Positions 27,201-38,050 of a stretch of 44,443 bases of DNA are shown one piece after another (position 1 is the stretch's first letter; each line of letters begins with the position of its first letter). Origin of the DNA: Tubiluchus corallicola. Lineage: Eukaryota; Animalia; Priapulida. A program made the translations under genes and the position numbers. The notes beneath the pieces are model-generated. The model saw nothing but the letters and a program-made list of their open reading frames with translations, was not told where the DNA came from and made no database searches. Location: assembly GCA_030141605.1 (NCBI GenBank), contig JAQGDQ010001361.1, positions 1 through 44,443 of the forward strand. The letters run 5' to 3'.

Positions 27201-30200
27201 TTCACTGCTATTTTTCCAAACTTTACAAAATGTCATCTAAACTTGTTTCAAATTACTTATCGTCAAAATCGCTTAACGGTCATCGCTGGAGTTAAAATTT
27301 GCATGTTTTATACAGCGTTACTGTCGACGCAAGCCCTCCATGCAAAAAGGCAGCATGCAGGTGGTATATAATTGCAAGACGAGTTTTTAAGCTTTGTGTA
27401 AGTTGAAAGTTTTCTTGTGGTTTAACTGTTTTACCGCATTCAAGGGGTAGAGAAGGCAATTTTAAAGCACCTCTCACTTTCCTCATGGAACTTATGTTAT
27501 TTAGCATTTTGCTTGGCTGCCTGAAAGTTGGTTATGTAACTAGAAAAGAAAATTATTGGTAATTTAAAATGTTCGCACCGACTAGAAAATGTCACTGACT
27601 CATCTTCCCAGTGTGCACCACTGACTCACCTTCCCAGTGTGCACCACTGACTCTTCTTCCCAGAGTGCACCACCGACTCACCTCCCCAGTGTGCACCACC
27701 GACTCACCTTCCCAGTGTGCACCACCGACTCACCTTCCCAGTGTGCACCACCGACTCACCTTCCCAGTGTGCACCACTGACTCACCTTCCCAGTGTGCAC
27801 CACTGACTCACCTTCCCAGTGTGCACCACTGACTCACCTTCCTAGTGTGCACCACTGACTCACCTTCCCAGTTTGCACCACCGACTCACCTTCCCAGTTT
27901 ACACCACTGACTCACCTTCCTAGTGCGCACCACTGGCTCAACTTCCCAGTGTGCATCACTGGCTCACCAAAAAAACATTTTTTAATCTTATTTACAGGAT
28001 TTTGATACTTTTGCTTAGTTAGCGAAGAATGCGCCGATTGTTTTACAAGCTTTACGCAATGTTATTTACTGTCTATCAGTTAAAACGGCTGCGCCTAACG
28101 GTCATCGCCGGAGTTTAGATTTGCAAGTTTTGTACAGCGTTACTGCTAATGCAAGCCATGTGTGCAATAAGATATCGTGATGGTGATACAAGAATTCAAA
28201 ATGAATATTTTTTAGCTTCATGTAAGTACACTCATATCTCGGAACAAAAATGGGCAGACGTCTGTCTGAATTTGCCGATTACTAAGCTAATATAGTAGGT
28301 ATCGTGTATTAGACTCACGGTAATGTAGAATCAATCGCCTAATTGTCTCAAACACGTCTAGTACGGGCCACTCCTGACATACAAGCTACACACGTGTCGT
28401 TACATGCTGCGTGGTTGCGCTGATGTAATGATGTAAACAAAGTGACAGCCCGCCAACTAGCGGTCTGCTCGCGAAACAACGGACTGTGTCCGTAGTATGC
28501 GTGACTTTTGACGGTCCAGATTTTATCCGAGGTCCAGCAGACGGAGATATTAGTGTGTTGTGTTTTGTTTCTCTCGGAAGGCTCGTAGAGAAAACCAGAA
28601 AACACTTCGTCAGATTAAATTAGTTTATTAAGCGAGAATTATACAACACAAAAGTATGAAGGAACGCAAAATGTTTACAGTAAATGTGAAAATCTGGAAA
28701 ACGTTTAAGTGTATCTGAAAATACAAGTATACAAGAGAATGTGTAAGTGGCGTCCGTGTGAATCTGCGTGCGTCTCTCTCAGCGGCCTGCTTCGCCTTAT
28801 ATAGGGTGCCAGGGAACATTCTAGACGTTTCTTTCCAGAACATTCTACAAGGTAAGACGATTATTCTAACGGAACATTCTACAATGTTCTATTTAATTCT
28901 AATAGATGCCAGCGATCTCCACACCATAGTGTAAAAGTGTTTTTCTTGTGCTTTAATAGAATTTTGAATGTTGTGAAAGTTGAAACTTTTCCTTTAACAT
29001 TTCAGTGAGGTGACACGATATACAACATGGAGAAACCTCGGACTGCATGTAACATTAAAAGGGTGAGGGTTTTTTCCTCTCTTACAGCAACGTATGTCAA
29101 AACGGTCTGATATGTTCATTTACAGGTCAGTATACAGTCAACCTCGGATATAAGGGACACCTCCGGACCGGAAAAAATCGTCCCTTATAGCCGAAGTTGA
29201 GTCAAACCGAGGGTGTATCTAGACCTGTACTTTTCTGTACTTTTACCCATATTTTTATTGCTTATTACTACACATTCAGTGCAAACGGCGTGTAGGAAAC
29301 TCCTTCAGTGATGCGAGATGTATGTAACCGTGGAAACCGAGCTGTTCGAAGGCCGAGTTTGTGAAAATTGAGGTTAAAAATCAATCAATTTCGCTTTGAT
29401 CATAGAGTCCCGTATATGCGAGGTAATTTACCTGGGTTTCTATTACGCAGGACCTGAAGATATTGTTCCTTATAACCGAAAGTCCCTTATATCCGAGTAT
29501 CTTATATACGAATATTTTTAGATAAGAAAAAACGTTACAAAAAATCGGGACCGGCGTTGATGGTCCCTTATAAGCGAATACCTTATACCCAAGGTTGACA
29601 GTATACGGTACTGGGACAAGGAAGAAGCCCTTAGATTTTAGTACGGATTCAGGCCACCAGGAAGCACTGAAAGCTCTCATTAAATGTTTTAAATGACGAT
29701 TTTTGCCTATTAATTGTTCTACTGTGTGCCGTTCGTTTAATTTATTAATGTAATTAACTGAAATGTCAACATAGTACAACAATCTATTATCTTTCTTCCT
29801 ACCATTTCCACTAACACATCCTTCTACGCTTCCTGTGTGATCTAACCTTTCTCCCAGTTCTTTTTTTGTTCACTCATCCATTCTTTTTTTTATCGGGTTC
29901 ACATGACAGTGGGCTTATACAAGCCTTTGCTTCTCTAGCCCACTGCAGTACAATTATTCTCTTATGATAACGATAGTGTATGAAATATAATAATTTAATA
30001 CAGTATGAAGTAATTATTTTGATGTCACTGTGTGCTTAATGTCATTATATTGTACTGAATGTGATAATAATAAACTAAAAACTAAAAATAAAAATATTCT
30101 ACGAGCTTGTTGCACATGTTTGTGAAAGCGAAAATCGAAGTACAGTGCTATTGTAAGAGATTGAATGTGTTGTACTAAAACTAGGCAAGTTTTAAAATAA

Positions 30201-33200
30201 AAATTCAAATTTCACATTAGCCGCTGTTCTCACGCATGAGCTGTCTAACGTGTGCAGAATGTCACAAACTAACACATCTGAACTGAGAGGTGCAGCACCT
30301 GTTTATGTGTAACGCATTTCCGAAGTGCAGACGCGAGTGCCCGTCTAGCTAGCGAATGGCAAAATACATGTAACAGTGAAGAACTAGTCGCGAACTTGTA
30401 TTGAATGTCATTATATTGTACTGAATGTGATAATAACAAACTAAAATAATATCGAGTATTTTTTTATTTTCATCTAATATTGTTTGTTGTTGTTTTAAAT
30501 GTTTATGTCACTTATTTCTAGGATGACATTTGCTATAACCACGCCATTTGCTGCTGCCAGTCTTGTTGAAACAGTACAGGTATGGGGTATCTCTTTGCTT
30601 TGTTTCACACATGTTTTGTTAATCACATTTACCCGATTCTGAAGTCTTATCACATCGCCGTTCAGTCGTTTTAAAACCGAGTGTATACTGTAATTTTACT
30701 CATTCCTGAACAACTGTCTGTAGCGTGTTAGGAATTTTACTCATTCCTTAACAACTGTTTGTAACGTGTTGGTAGTTTTTCCATTTTTAACAACTGTTTT
30801 AAATACTGTGGTATTATAGACACAAATATAGATTTCAAATGGGCAGTGTTTAGTACAGTGGGTGTAGCAACTGTCGGAGAGTTTGCACTAACAGTTCACA
30901 CTTGCACGTTTGCCGTGACAGAGAAAACTCGCATGTATGAGATGAGACTTCGAATTCGCAGAAATGTCATAGCCTTGTTCAGATGTACAAACATCCCGGC
31001 TAAATGAGACAATTAGCAGAAAGTAGCGAGACAGACTAAACCATCATAATTAGTCTTCTGTTAGCCACTCATCCATTTGGTAACCACATGTGGCATTGCT
31101 TAACTTTTTAGCTGATCACGCATCGTAGCAACCACGTCACGTCTTCTGATTCATTACTTATTCTTTAGGGTGATCTTTTCTAATCAGCAAAGCCACCTTC
31201 ATGAGTATTAGGCTAGCGTTTAAACAGTACGTAATATCTCTTAGTTTTGTACATATGTGTGTTTGCAAATCAAAACCGCCCATAAGTCGGAATAGTTAAA
31301 ACTACGTTATGACGCTTCAAAGTAGAAAGTACCAAAAATTTGGTCAAATGTCGATTTTTTATTTTGTATGAAAACAAAAGCTAAATATATTCGAGTTTTT
31401 TATTGTAGCATCAAATTATCAGGAAAATGTTCAAAAAATACTAAAAATCTAATTTTATAACCCCTTCACCACTTTTCTGTCTAGAAACTAGCACTGCAAT
31501 TGTAATAAAAACTTGTATCTTCAAACTCCGATTGTAGCTCGTGGAAGCAAGAGTTTTGCTTTGCATTTTTTCTGTTGACAAGCCCAGATAACTTCAATTT
31601 GCTCTTGCAAAGTCCATAACAACCAACCTTTGTACGGTTGCTAAGTGTCAGTTGTTTTTCAGTGTGTAGCCTGCACCTCAATTTTAATGTGGATTATCTC
31701 AGCTTAGAAATAACATAGAGCGATGAGCTTGGTATCAAAATAATCTTCATGAAATGGAGATTCAAGATACATGAATAACTAGAAAGTTTAATTGCCGCCT
31801 CATGAACGATTTTGCTATGCAAGCACACCTACATGTTTTTACATTTCTCTCTTAGAGTGATATCGCCAGCGAACGACCCGGGATGTTAGACATCGTAAAA
31901 GAGGGGACGTGTCGCTTGTTACGGTGGGGCACGCCGCACACGACACGATTGCTACCAGTTTGGAAGTTTGTTTTACCGACTAGCTTATTTTTCACTTTGC
32001 ACTACATCATCTCACAAACGGTACAAGCGCTGGTGATCTCCAAGCTTCGACCGGACATAGATACATTTATAGAGGTGAGTTCAAATAAAGCGAAAATTTC
32101 TGTTACATAAGTGACGTGCTTTTAACAGCAATGCGGCACATCTTCAGTACTGATGACTGTGAAGTTTTAGGGTCTCCAGGGTATACGCTACACTACAGTA
32201 TACTATACTATACTATACTATACTATATTATAATAGTATGGAATAGTGTTTTGTATTAGAATTTGATTCATCAGTAATTGTGGCGATGCCCTGTCTCATC
32301 GCAGGGATGACAATGACAAATTGCAAAAAACTCTGAAACAGGCCGGGGTTTTGGGGGCTACCCAGTCCCCCAATGGGGTTGAAATTGCAACTTTGTGATC
32401 ATAGAGAGCCTCTAAGTGGACTTAAGATATCAATTACCAATATTTCTATGAAACTTTGTCGAGTTGAGGAGCATGAGACAGGTAAAGCCCAATTTTGGCA
32501 ATGGTTTTTTATTAACTTAAACTGCAGATTTGTATAGAAAAATTCTGTTTGATGTTACGCCTCGTTAACGAGATGACGTCAAAATAATTGTCAATGTGTT
32601 AATCTAAGCTATTGTTTAGTTTTGGCCCTTAGTGAAGCTTTAACACTCTACCGAATGCCATTGTAATTACATGCTCATGTCTCTATTCTTGACCGTCAAA
32701 AAGTCCCGCATACTACGGACACAGTCCGGACACAGTCCGATGTTTCTCGGGCCGACCGCTAGATGGCGGGCCGTCGCTTTGTTTACATCGCTACATCTGC
32801 GTAACCACGTGCATATCTCTATGTATAAAAACATGGAGTCGATTATGCAGAGGAAATTTGAGTCAATTGCTGACAGTTTTACATACTTTTGCATATGAGC
32901 GGCTCGTACTAGATGTTTTTGAGACGATTAGGTGATTGATTCTACATTACAGTGAGCCTAATACAACTATATTTAACTTAGTATCGGAAAATACGGACAA
33001 TTGAGAAATTCGGACCGACGTCTCCACGTTTTTATCCGGCAAACCAAGATGTGAGTTCAATGTTTAAGACGATAAAATTTGCACAAGGTTAGGCTTGTAA
33101 ATGAAGCTTACGTCGTGGTGCATTCTGCTAAACTTTGCTTTTTAAACACTCGCAGAATTATAGACAACATTTGTACTAGGATCGTAATGCCTCTCTGGCA

Positions 33201-33694
33201 TTCGGGATCACGTAATCCCTGAATTGATCCCCTCCCCAGTTATGATAAGTGACAATGACTAATTTCAGATTCACTCGTCGTCGTCAACAACATCAAAGCG
33301 AACCTCCGCCACGCGTCCGAGGAGACTTCACGACGCTTACCTTCCGGATCTCATCGCTATCTTCAGCAGTCACCTGATCGCCGAGACCCTCCTCTACCCG
33401 CTAGAAACCGTCGTCCACCGTCTGCACCTGCAGGGCACCAGGACGATCATCGACAATCTGGACTTCGGCTACGAGGTCGTGCCGATCACGACGTGCTACG
33501 AGGGAACGATGGACTGCGTGCAGAGCATCGTCAAAGAGGAGGGATTCCTGGGATTCTACAAGGGCTTCGGAGCGCTGGTGCTGCAGTACACCGTGCAGGT
33601 CGTCGTTCTACGAATCACAAAGTTAGTTTTTGATCAAATTGTAGAAATGTACGGTAGCAAGAAGACGTCGTCAAAGAAAAATCATGATTTATAA
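19043..33694 (+). CDS. SLC25A46: SLC25A46, mitochondrial outer-membrane carrier-like protein (9 coding exons, ~380 aa)
   Basis: Exons 19043-19145, 19764-19806, 20328-20385, 21149-21226, 26926-27026, 29006-29062, 30522-30579, 31856-32074 and 33269-33694 join in phase (1143 nt). Diagnostic motifs: [102 protein letters not shown]. Confidence 0.96.
19410..19616 (-). mobile_element. 5S rRNA-derived SINE (SINE3), 3'-truncated copy
   Basis: 5S head plus the first ~85 nt of the body. Confidence 0.85.
19764..19806 (+). CDS. SLC25A46: SLC25A46 coding exon 2
   Basis: (E)[13 protein letters not shown](S). Confidence 0.92.
20054..20270. mobile_element. pogo/Tigger-like MITE end
   Basis: TA|CAGTGAAACCTCGACTTACGAA. 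Confidence 0.55.
20328..20385 (+). CDS. SLC25A46: SLC25A46 coding exon 3
   Basis: [19 protein letters not shown]. Confidence 0.95.
20805..21110. repeat. Minisatellite, 31-bp unit, ~10 copies
   Basis: CTGGTGTTGCCTTTCAACCGTTTTGCACTTT. Confidence 0.96.
21149..21226 (+). CDS. SLC25A46: SLC25A46 coding exon 4
   Basis: [26 protein letters not shown]. Confidence 0.94.
21358..22026. mobile_element. Unclassified non-autonomous TIR element (ATATGTGTG family)
   Basis: ~40-bp TIRs ATATGTGTGCTTGCA..AAAATCGTCCATAAGTCGGCA / TGCCGACTTGTGGACGATTTT..TGCAGCACACATAT. Confidence 0.85.
23184..23690. mobile_element. Non-autonomous hAT-like element (CAGGGATGAG TIR family) with 8-bp TSD
   Basis: TSD gtcgtaac (23176-23183) and gtcttaac (23691-23698). 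Confidence 0.88.
24142..24547. mobile_element. hAT-like MITE with internal (CT)n
   Basis: TIR CAGGGCCTATTTCAG / CTGAAATAGGCCCTG; TSD (c/g)cccttgt at 24134-24141 and 24548-24555. Confidence 0.88.
25635..26566. mobile_element. Adjacent pogo/Tigger-like MITE remnants
   Basis: CAGTCAAGCCTCATTAAACCGGAC / GTCCGGTTTAACGAGGGAC pair (25635 to ~25990); Tigger-like ends GAGTGAACACTG (~26093) and GAGGGAACACTG (~26566). Confidence 0.6.
26926..27026 (+). CDS. SLC25A46: SLC25A46 coding exon 5
   Basis: GIATLWKGIGGTFVVRGINLVTETVMSELTSFP(R). Confidence 0.94.
27594..27968. repeat. Minisatellite, 26-bp unit, ~14 copies
   Basis: CACCACTGACTCACCTTCCCAGTGTG. Confidence 0.96.
28229..28555. mobile_element. TA-flanked MITE (CACTCATATCTC TIR); inverted copy at ~32660-33058
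   Basis: TA|CACTCATATCTC...GAGATATTAGTG|TA once the LTR is removed; the interior matches 32690-33040 in reverse. Confidence 0.75.
28556..28926 (-). mobile_element. Solo LTR (371 bp)
   Basis: TG...CA termini; perfect 5-bp TSD TAGTG (28551-28555 and 28927-28931); minus-strand TATATAA at 28803-28797 followed by AATAAA at 28629-28624. Confidence 0.85.
29006..29062 (+). CDS. SLC25A46: SLC25A46 coding exon 6
   Basis: EVTRYTTWRNLGLHVTLK(G), phase 2/2. Confidence 0.9.
29135..29601. mobile_element. pogo/Tc1-like MITE with TA TSD
   Basis: TA|CAGTCAACCTCGGATATAAGG ... CCTTATACCCAAGGTTGACAG|TA. Confidence 0.85.
30522..30579 (+). CDS. SLC25A46: SLC25A46 coding exon 7
   Basis: [19 protein letters not shown]. 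Confidence 0.93.
31253..31831. mobile_element. Unclassified TIR element (ATATGTGTG family), third copy
   Basis: Same TIRs and interior, with internal deletions. Confidence 0.8.
31856..32074 (+). CDS. SLC25A46: SLC25A46 coding exon 8
   Basis: SDIASERPGMLDIVKEGTCRLLRWGTPHTTRLLPVWKFVLPT...LHYIIS...FIE. Confidence 0.94.
33269..33694 (+). CDS. SLC25A46: SLC25A46 terminal coding exon
   Basis: ...[58 protein letters not shown]...; stop at 33692-33694. Confidence 0.95.
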   Translation: [141 protein letters not shown]

Positions 33695-33735
33695 TAGTTA
33701 ATTAATGATTTAACATTCAACTCCTTAGTGTACGT

Positions 33736-34217
33736 CAGGGGTGTGCAAATTATCTGACTAGCCGGGCCATATTAAACTTTCCCGCAATTCCTGCGGGCCA
33801 CAGGCAGTTTGATCAAGGAGCCAAGTACAGAAAGGCCTAATAACGATTTTTTTGCATCCGACCTGCGTACATCATTACTACTACACTCAAGAAACTATTT
33901 TAGAAGTTATTAAAATTTATATTACAAACCATATATTTCTACTTTCAGGACAGATAGTGGTAATTTCATTACAATGCATATTAGTAATGTGTATCACACA
34001 GTCTGTGTAGTACAGTGACATTAAACTACAACTGTCTTGTAAGGGTTAATGGCATCCGATCTAGTAGAAAAAACTACCCGCACTATCTTTGGGATCGTGG
34101 CACGGACTTCAGGTAGATACACTCAATTAATCGCACGGGCCGCACTTTCATTAGGTTGACAAATCTCTTCGCAGGCCACACATATTCTCTCGGCGGGCCG
34201 AAATTTGCACACCCCTG
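33736..34217. mobile_element. hAT (Buster/Charlie-like) MITE just after the SLC25A46 stop
   Basis: TIR CAGGGGTGTGCAAATT / AATTTGCACACCCCTG; TSD g(t/c)gtacgt. Confidence 0.9.
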
Positions 34218-36414
34218 GCGTACGTATAATATATAAATAGTATGTAAATACGTGGGCTAGCGTTACATTAGATGATTTGCATTCATGATTTGCTATTGCA
34301 TATAATAACGTCAATTGCATAGCCTATTTTATACTATTGTTTACACTAGTACTTGAGCTGGCAGGTGTGAATAACCTTTATGCGCCAGAAATCACAGCTT
34401 TTCTTTTTTTAGCAAGCACCAGAAAAAAATTCTTAGGAAAAGGTCTTCAAATATCATCCACAATTCATCTTTGCAAGCTAGGTCCTGTTTTGTAAATTGT
34501 CTATAGTCTAGTGGATTATGTTTTAAGTTTGAAGAAATAGCTTATATACCTCGTAAACAGAAATATTATAGTGCCTAAGGTAAGGCACAGACATTTGTGT
34601 GTGATCATGTGATAGTCGTACGATAAAACATTCGTATGTGGTAACTCAAGGATTAAAGAACAAGAAACGGGGTGTCTGAAGTAGGTTTCACCTTAAGAAA
34701 ATATGTTACTTTGCAGTTATGCATACGTATGTACGCTTAGGTATACTTAAGTATAACAAATACTTATGTTATGTTATGCACATATCGTAATACTGTTAAA
34801 GAATTTTTGCTCGTTTTATTTTAAATCTCCCACGATACTGTTGTGATGGCGCCATTACGGGACGTCAGACGCGCACAATGTAAATCAGGGGAGGAAGAGG
34901 CAATGTTACATTATGTACCAGAAAACTCCATGCAAATCTATATTACTTAGCATTTCGTTTAGCTGCTGGAAAGACTTATGTAACTAGAAATAATGATTTA
35001 GTGCTTTTGTGCCAATTGGTAAAATGTCGCTGACTCCGCCCTCCACAAACCAAAAACGTATTTTTAATCTTATTGACAAGATACAGTAATTTAAAATTTT
35101 ACTCTATTAGCAACATGTGTGCTACGAATGCTCTGATTATTTTTCAAACTTTACTTAATGTTATCAAAACTTGTTTCAAACGACCTACCATTAAAATGGC
35201 TGCATCTAACGGTCGTCGCGGGCGTTTAAATTTACATGTTTTATACAGCGTTACTGCCAATGCAAGCCCTGCATGCAAAAAGGCAGTATGTAAGTGGTAT
35301 AAAATTTAGATACATATTTTTAAGCTTTGTGTAAGTGGAGGGTTGTCTTGTGCTTTAAAGTACCAGAGGAGAATTATTTGATCTGCAGTGTGATCATATA
35401 ACTACATCCCCATCAAAACTCCCTCCCCTGTGATCAGTGTAAGTTCAGCAGCCATATTCCTCCACTGGTCGTCCATCCAGACACTCTTCGAGGCTAGCTT
35501 TGCCTGATGTTGAACGCTGTTGGTTTAAACAGATTTTATGCCACGAAAGTAATAGTAGGCTTTCGTTACAAATGCACAAAGATCTCTGAACCCGAGTTAT
35601 TCTTAGCTTTTTGGGTAAATTTAAAGTTCTCAGTACAGGGCGTTTCGATTTTCAAAAAAATTATGTGGTTGTGAAAAATTGTGCAGCTTGACTTTGTCTC
35701 AAGGCATTGTGGGTCATAATTGGTCTTTTCACCGTGGTCAAGATTGCAAAACTTGCATGCACGTATTTAAAATACGTACCTAAACCAACACTCAAACTAG
35801 ACACAGCTAATTCGAACTTTCACATATTTAGCAGTTACTGTACAATGTAATAAAGTTTTTTCATATTTAGGTACTTCATTATAAGTATCAAAGCTAAGTT
35901 TACCTGCTAACAGTTTCAGATTTTCTCTGCAGTTAATGTACAGGTACACTAGTACATCCCTGCTCATAAGTATATGTGTACATCCCTTGTACTTATAAGT
36001 ATATGTGCCAGTTTATCTGAGTTCAGTATCATTAATATGTTATACATAATGTGGTGACACCTATCTGTAATAAAGAGAAAGTATTGTAAGCTGGTGCCCT
36101 TTAATCTAAAGGCTGTATTAGTACATTAGTGCAACCCTACTTATAATTGTACTTATTACCATGTAAAGGTGCGCCAGCTGATCTGAGTTCAATAACATTA
36201 GTACATTATACATAATGTGGTGACACCTGTCTGTAATAAAGAGAAAGTATTGTAAGCTGTGCTTATTACTATGTAAAGTTAGGCCAGCTTATTTGAATTA
36301 AATAACACTAGTACGTTATGCATTATGTGGCGACACCTGTCTGCAGTAAAGAAAACATATTTTTACCCGGTGCCCTTTAATGTACAATCTTACTAATTTC
36401 TGAGCTAGCCGAGT

Positions 36415-36948
36415 TGGTTGGCATCCTTCTCTCTCGGAAGACAATGGAGAGTCAGTTATTGATCACATTGATGGAGCTGCATTGTCGACTGTGGCTGAGC
36501 AGTCTGATCCTTGAACGTCACCAGGGCGCACTCCCTGGGCAAGGTGTATGGAGATCCTGAGTTGCCCAGACAACAGGAACCCCCTCTCTTCCTCGCTGGT
36601 GTAGTCCAAAGGAAAGCGGAGCGATACGTTTGGCACCAGGTTGGCTGCAGGAGCTGCCGGAGTCAGTGAGCATGCTGCACTGGTCCGCCTTCGGGGCTCC
36701 ACTCCTGATTTGGAAAGTTTACTCCTCTACACATGGCCGTTGGGTCACTTGACCTCCTCCGCCCTCTAGCCGTTAGCTGCTTGTACAGCTCTTCCGCCTA
36801 GTGTCGAGATACAGTGTGGGCATCCCGTAAGCCTACAGCGCTTGGTTTTCCTAGGCGGTCACCCATCCAAGTACTAACCAGGCTCTACGTTGCTTAACTT
36901 CGGTGATCAGACGAGAACCGGCGTTTTCAACGTGATTTGGCCGTAGTC
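36415..36948 (-). mobile_element. 5S rRNA-derived SINE (SINE3), full length with TSD
   Basis: 5S head, body and tail; TSD ctag(c/t)cgagt at 36405-36414 and 36951-36960. Confidence 0.9.
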
Positions 36949-37681
36949 AACTAGTCGAGTAGTGCATTTATATATTGTACGTATTTTGCTTTTTAGTAGT
37001 AATTGTGAGTAGTTGTACTGCTATTTGTTATCATACTGAGAGAGCTGTAGCTCCTGCTGTGATAAAGCTTTATATAGGTGATTAATAAATCAAAATCTTT
37101 ATGAATCGAAGTTTGACGTGTTTTCCTTGATAAAACAAACAACTCAAACACGATGTTTCATGAAAATGGATATTACAGGAACTGAATTTTATTCAAACAG
37201 CTTTTTTGCAGCTACCACCGTAGTGACGACGTATTTCATTTACAGTTTTTCTTTTCCGTGCGACATTTTTCCATGCGTCCTCATTGTGAAATGGGCCTTA
37301 CTTACGATTAAACACTTCTTGGTCTAATTATTATTGCTTAACGGATATTTTTCATGTCTGCTAAAAACAAGAGCATCAACCATTTACATACAAAAACAAA
37401 ATTTGCTTGAAAATTAACAACAAATTTGGTATAAACATCATTTATTGCAGGTGTAACATCTTGGTTTGAAACAGAGTTTTACAACTGATATATGTTCTCC
37501 CCTAGTGGGAGCAAAACGCTAGAGACAGATGCTGAACAATAGTGACCACAATGTACAAAAAATGTTGTAATAAATATGAACATTACTATGTAACAAGAGC
37601 AACAAAGTTAATACTATTTAAAGCGCTTAGTGTTTGAAATAAAAGACTGCACTAAAACAAAAAATTTGAGTGTTCACACAA

Positions 37682-37995
37682 AACCACATTGACAACTAGG
37701 TGATACCAGCTACCTCCCGTAATTTTTACATTTTCTAAGGTAGAAATCATAATTATGCTGACAAAAGAGTGCAGAGATTTGTAAATAAGTCGTGCCTGGT
37801 CTGGTGGTAAAGAGGGCAGCTAATTAAGTAATGACCGACTGTTTCATAAGTAGAACCACATTGACAACTAGGTGATACCAGCTACCTGCCGTATTTTTTA
37901 CATTTTCTAAGGTATAAATCATAATTAAGCTGACAAAAGAGTGCAGAGATTTGTAAATAAGTCGTGTCCGGCCTGGTGGTAAAGAGGGTAACTAA
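37682..37995. repeat. Direct duplication, ~140 bp at 172-bp spacing
   Basis: AACCACATTGACAACTAGGTGATACC... at 37682 and 37854. Confidence 0.9.
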
Positions 37996-38050
37996 CGTCT
38001 AACAAGAAATTCAAAGACAATAACGTTACAGGTAGTTAGAGTAGGTTGTT

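Larger units (their letters stand above)
27213..28956. mobile_element. Dispersed repeat family (two adjacent copies; a third at ~34925-35358)
   Basis: Shared core AACGGTC(A/G)TCGC..GTT(T/A)A(A/G)ATTT..ATGTTTTATACAGCGTTACTG and shared end TTTCTTGTG(G/C)TTTAA. Confidence 0.7.
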
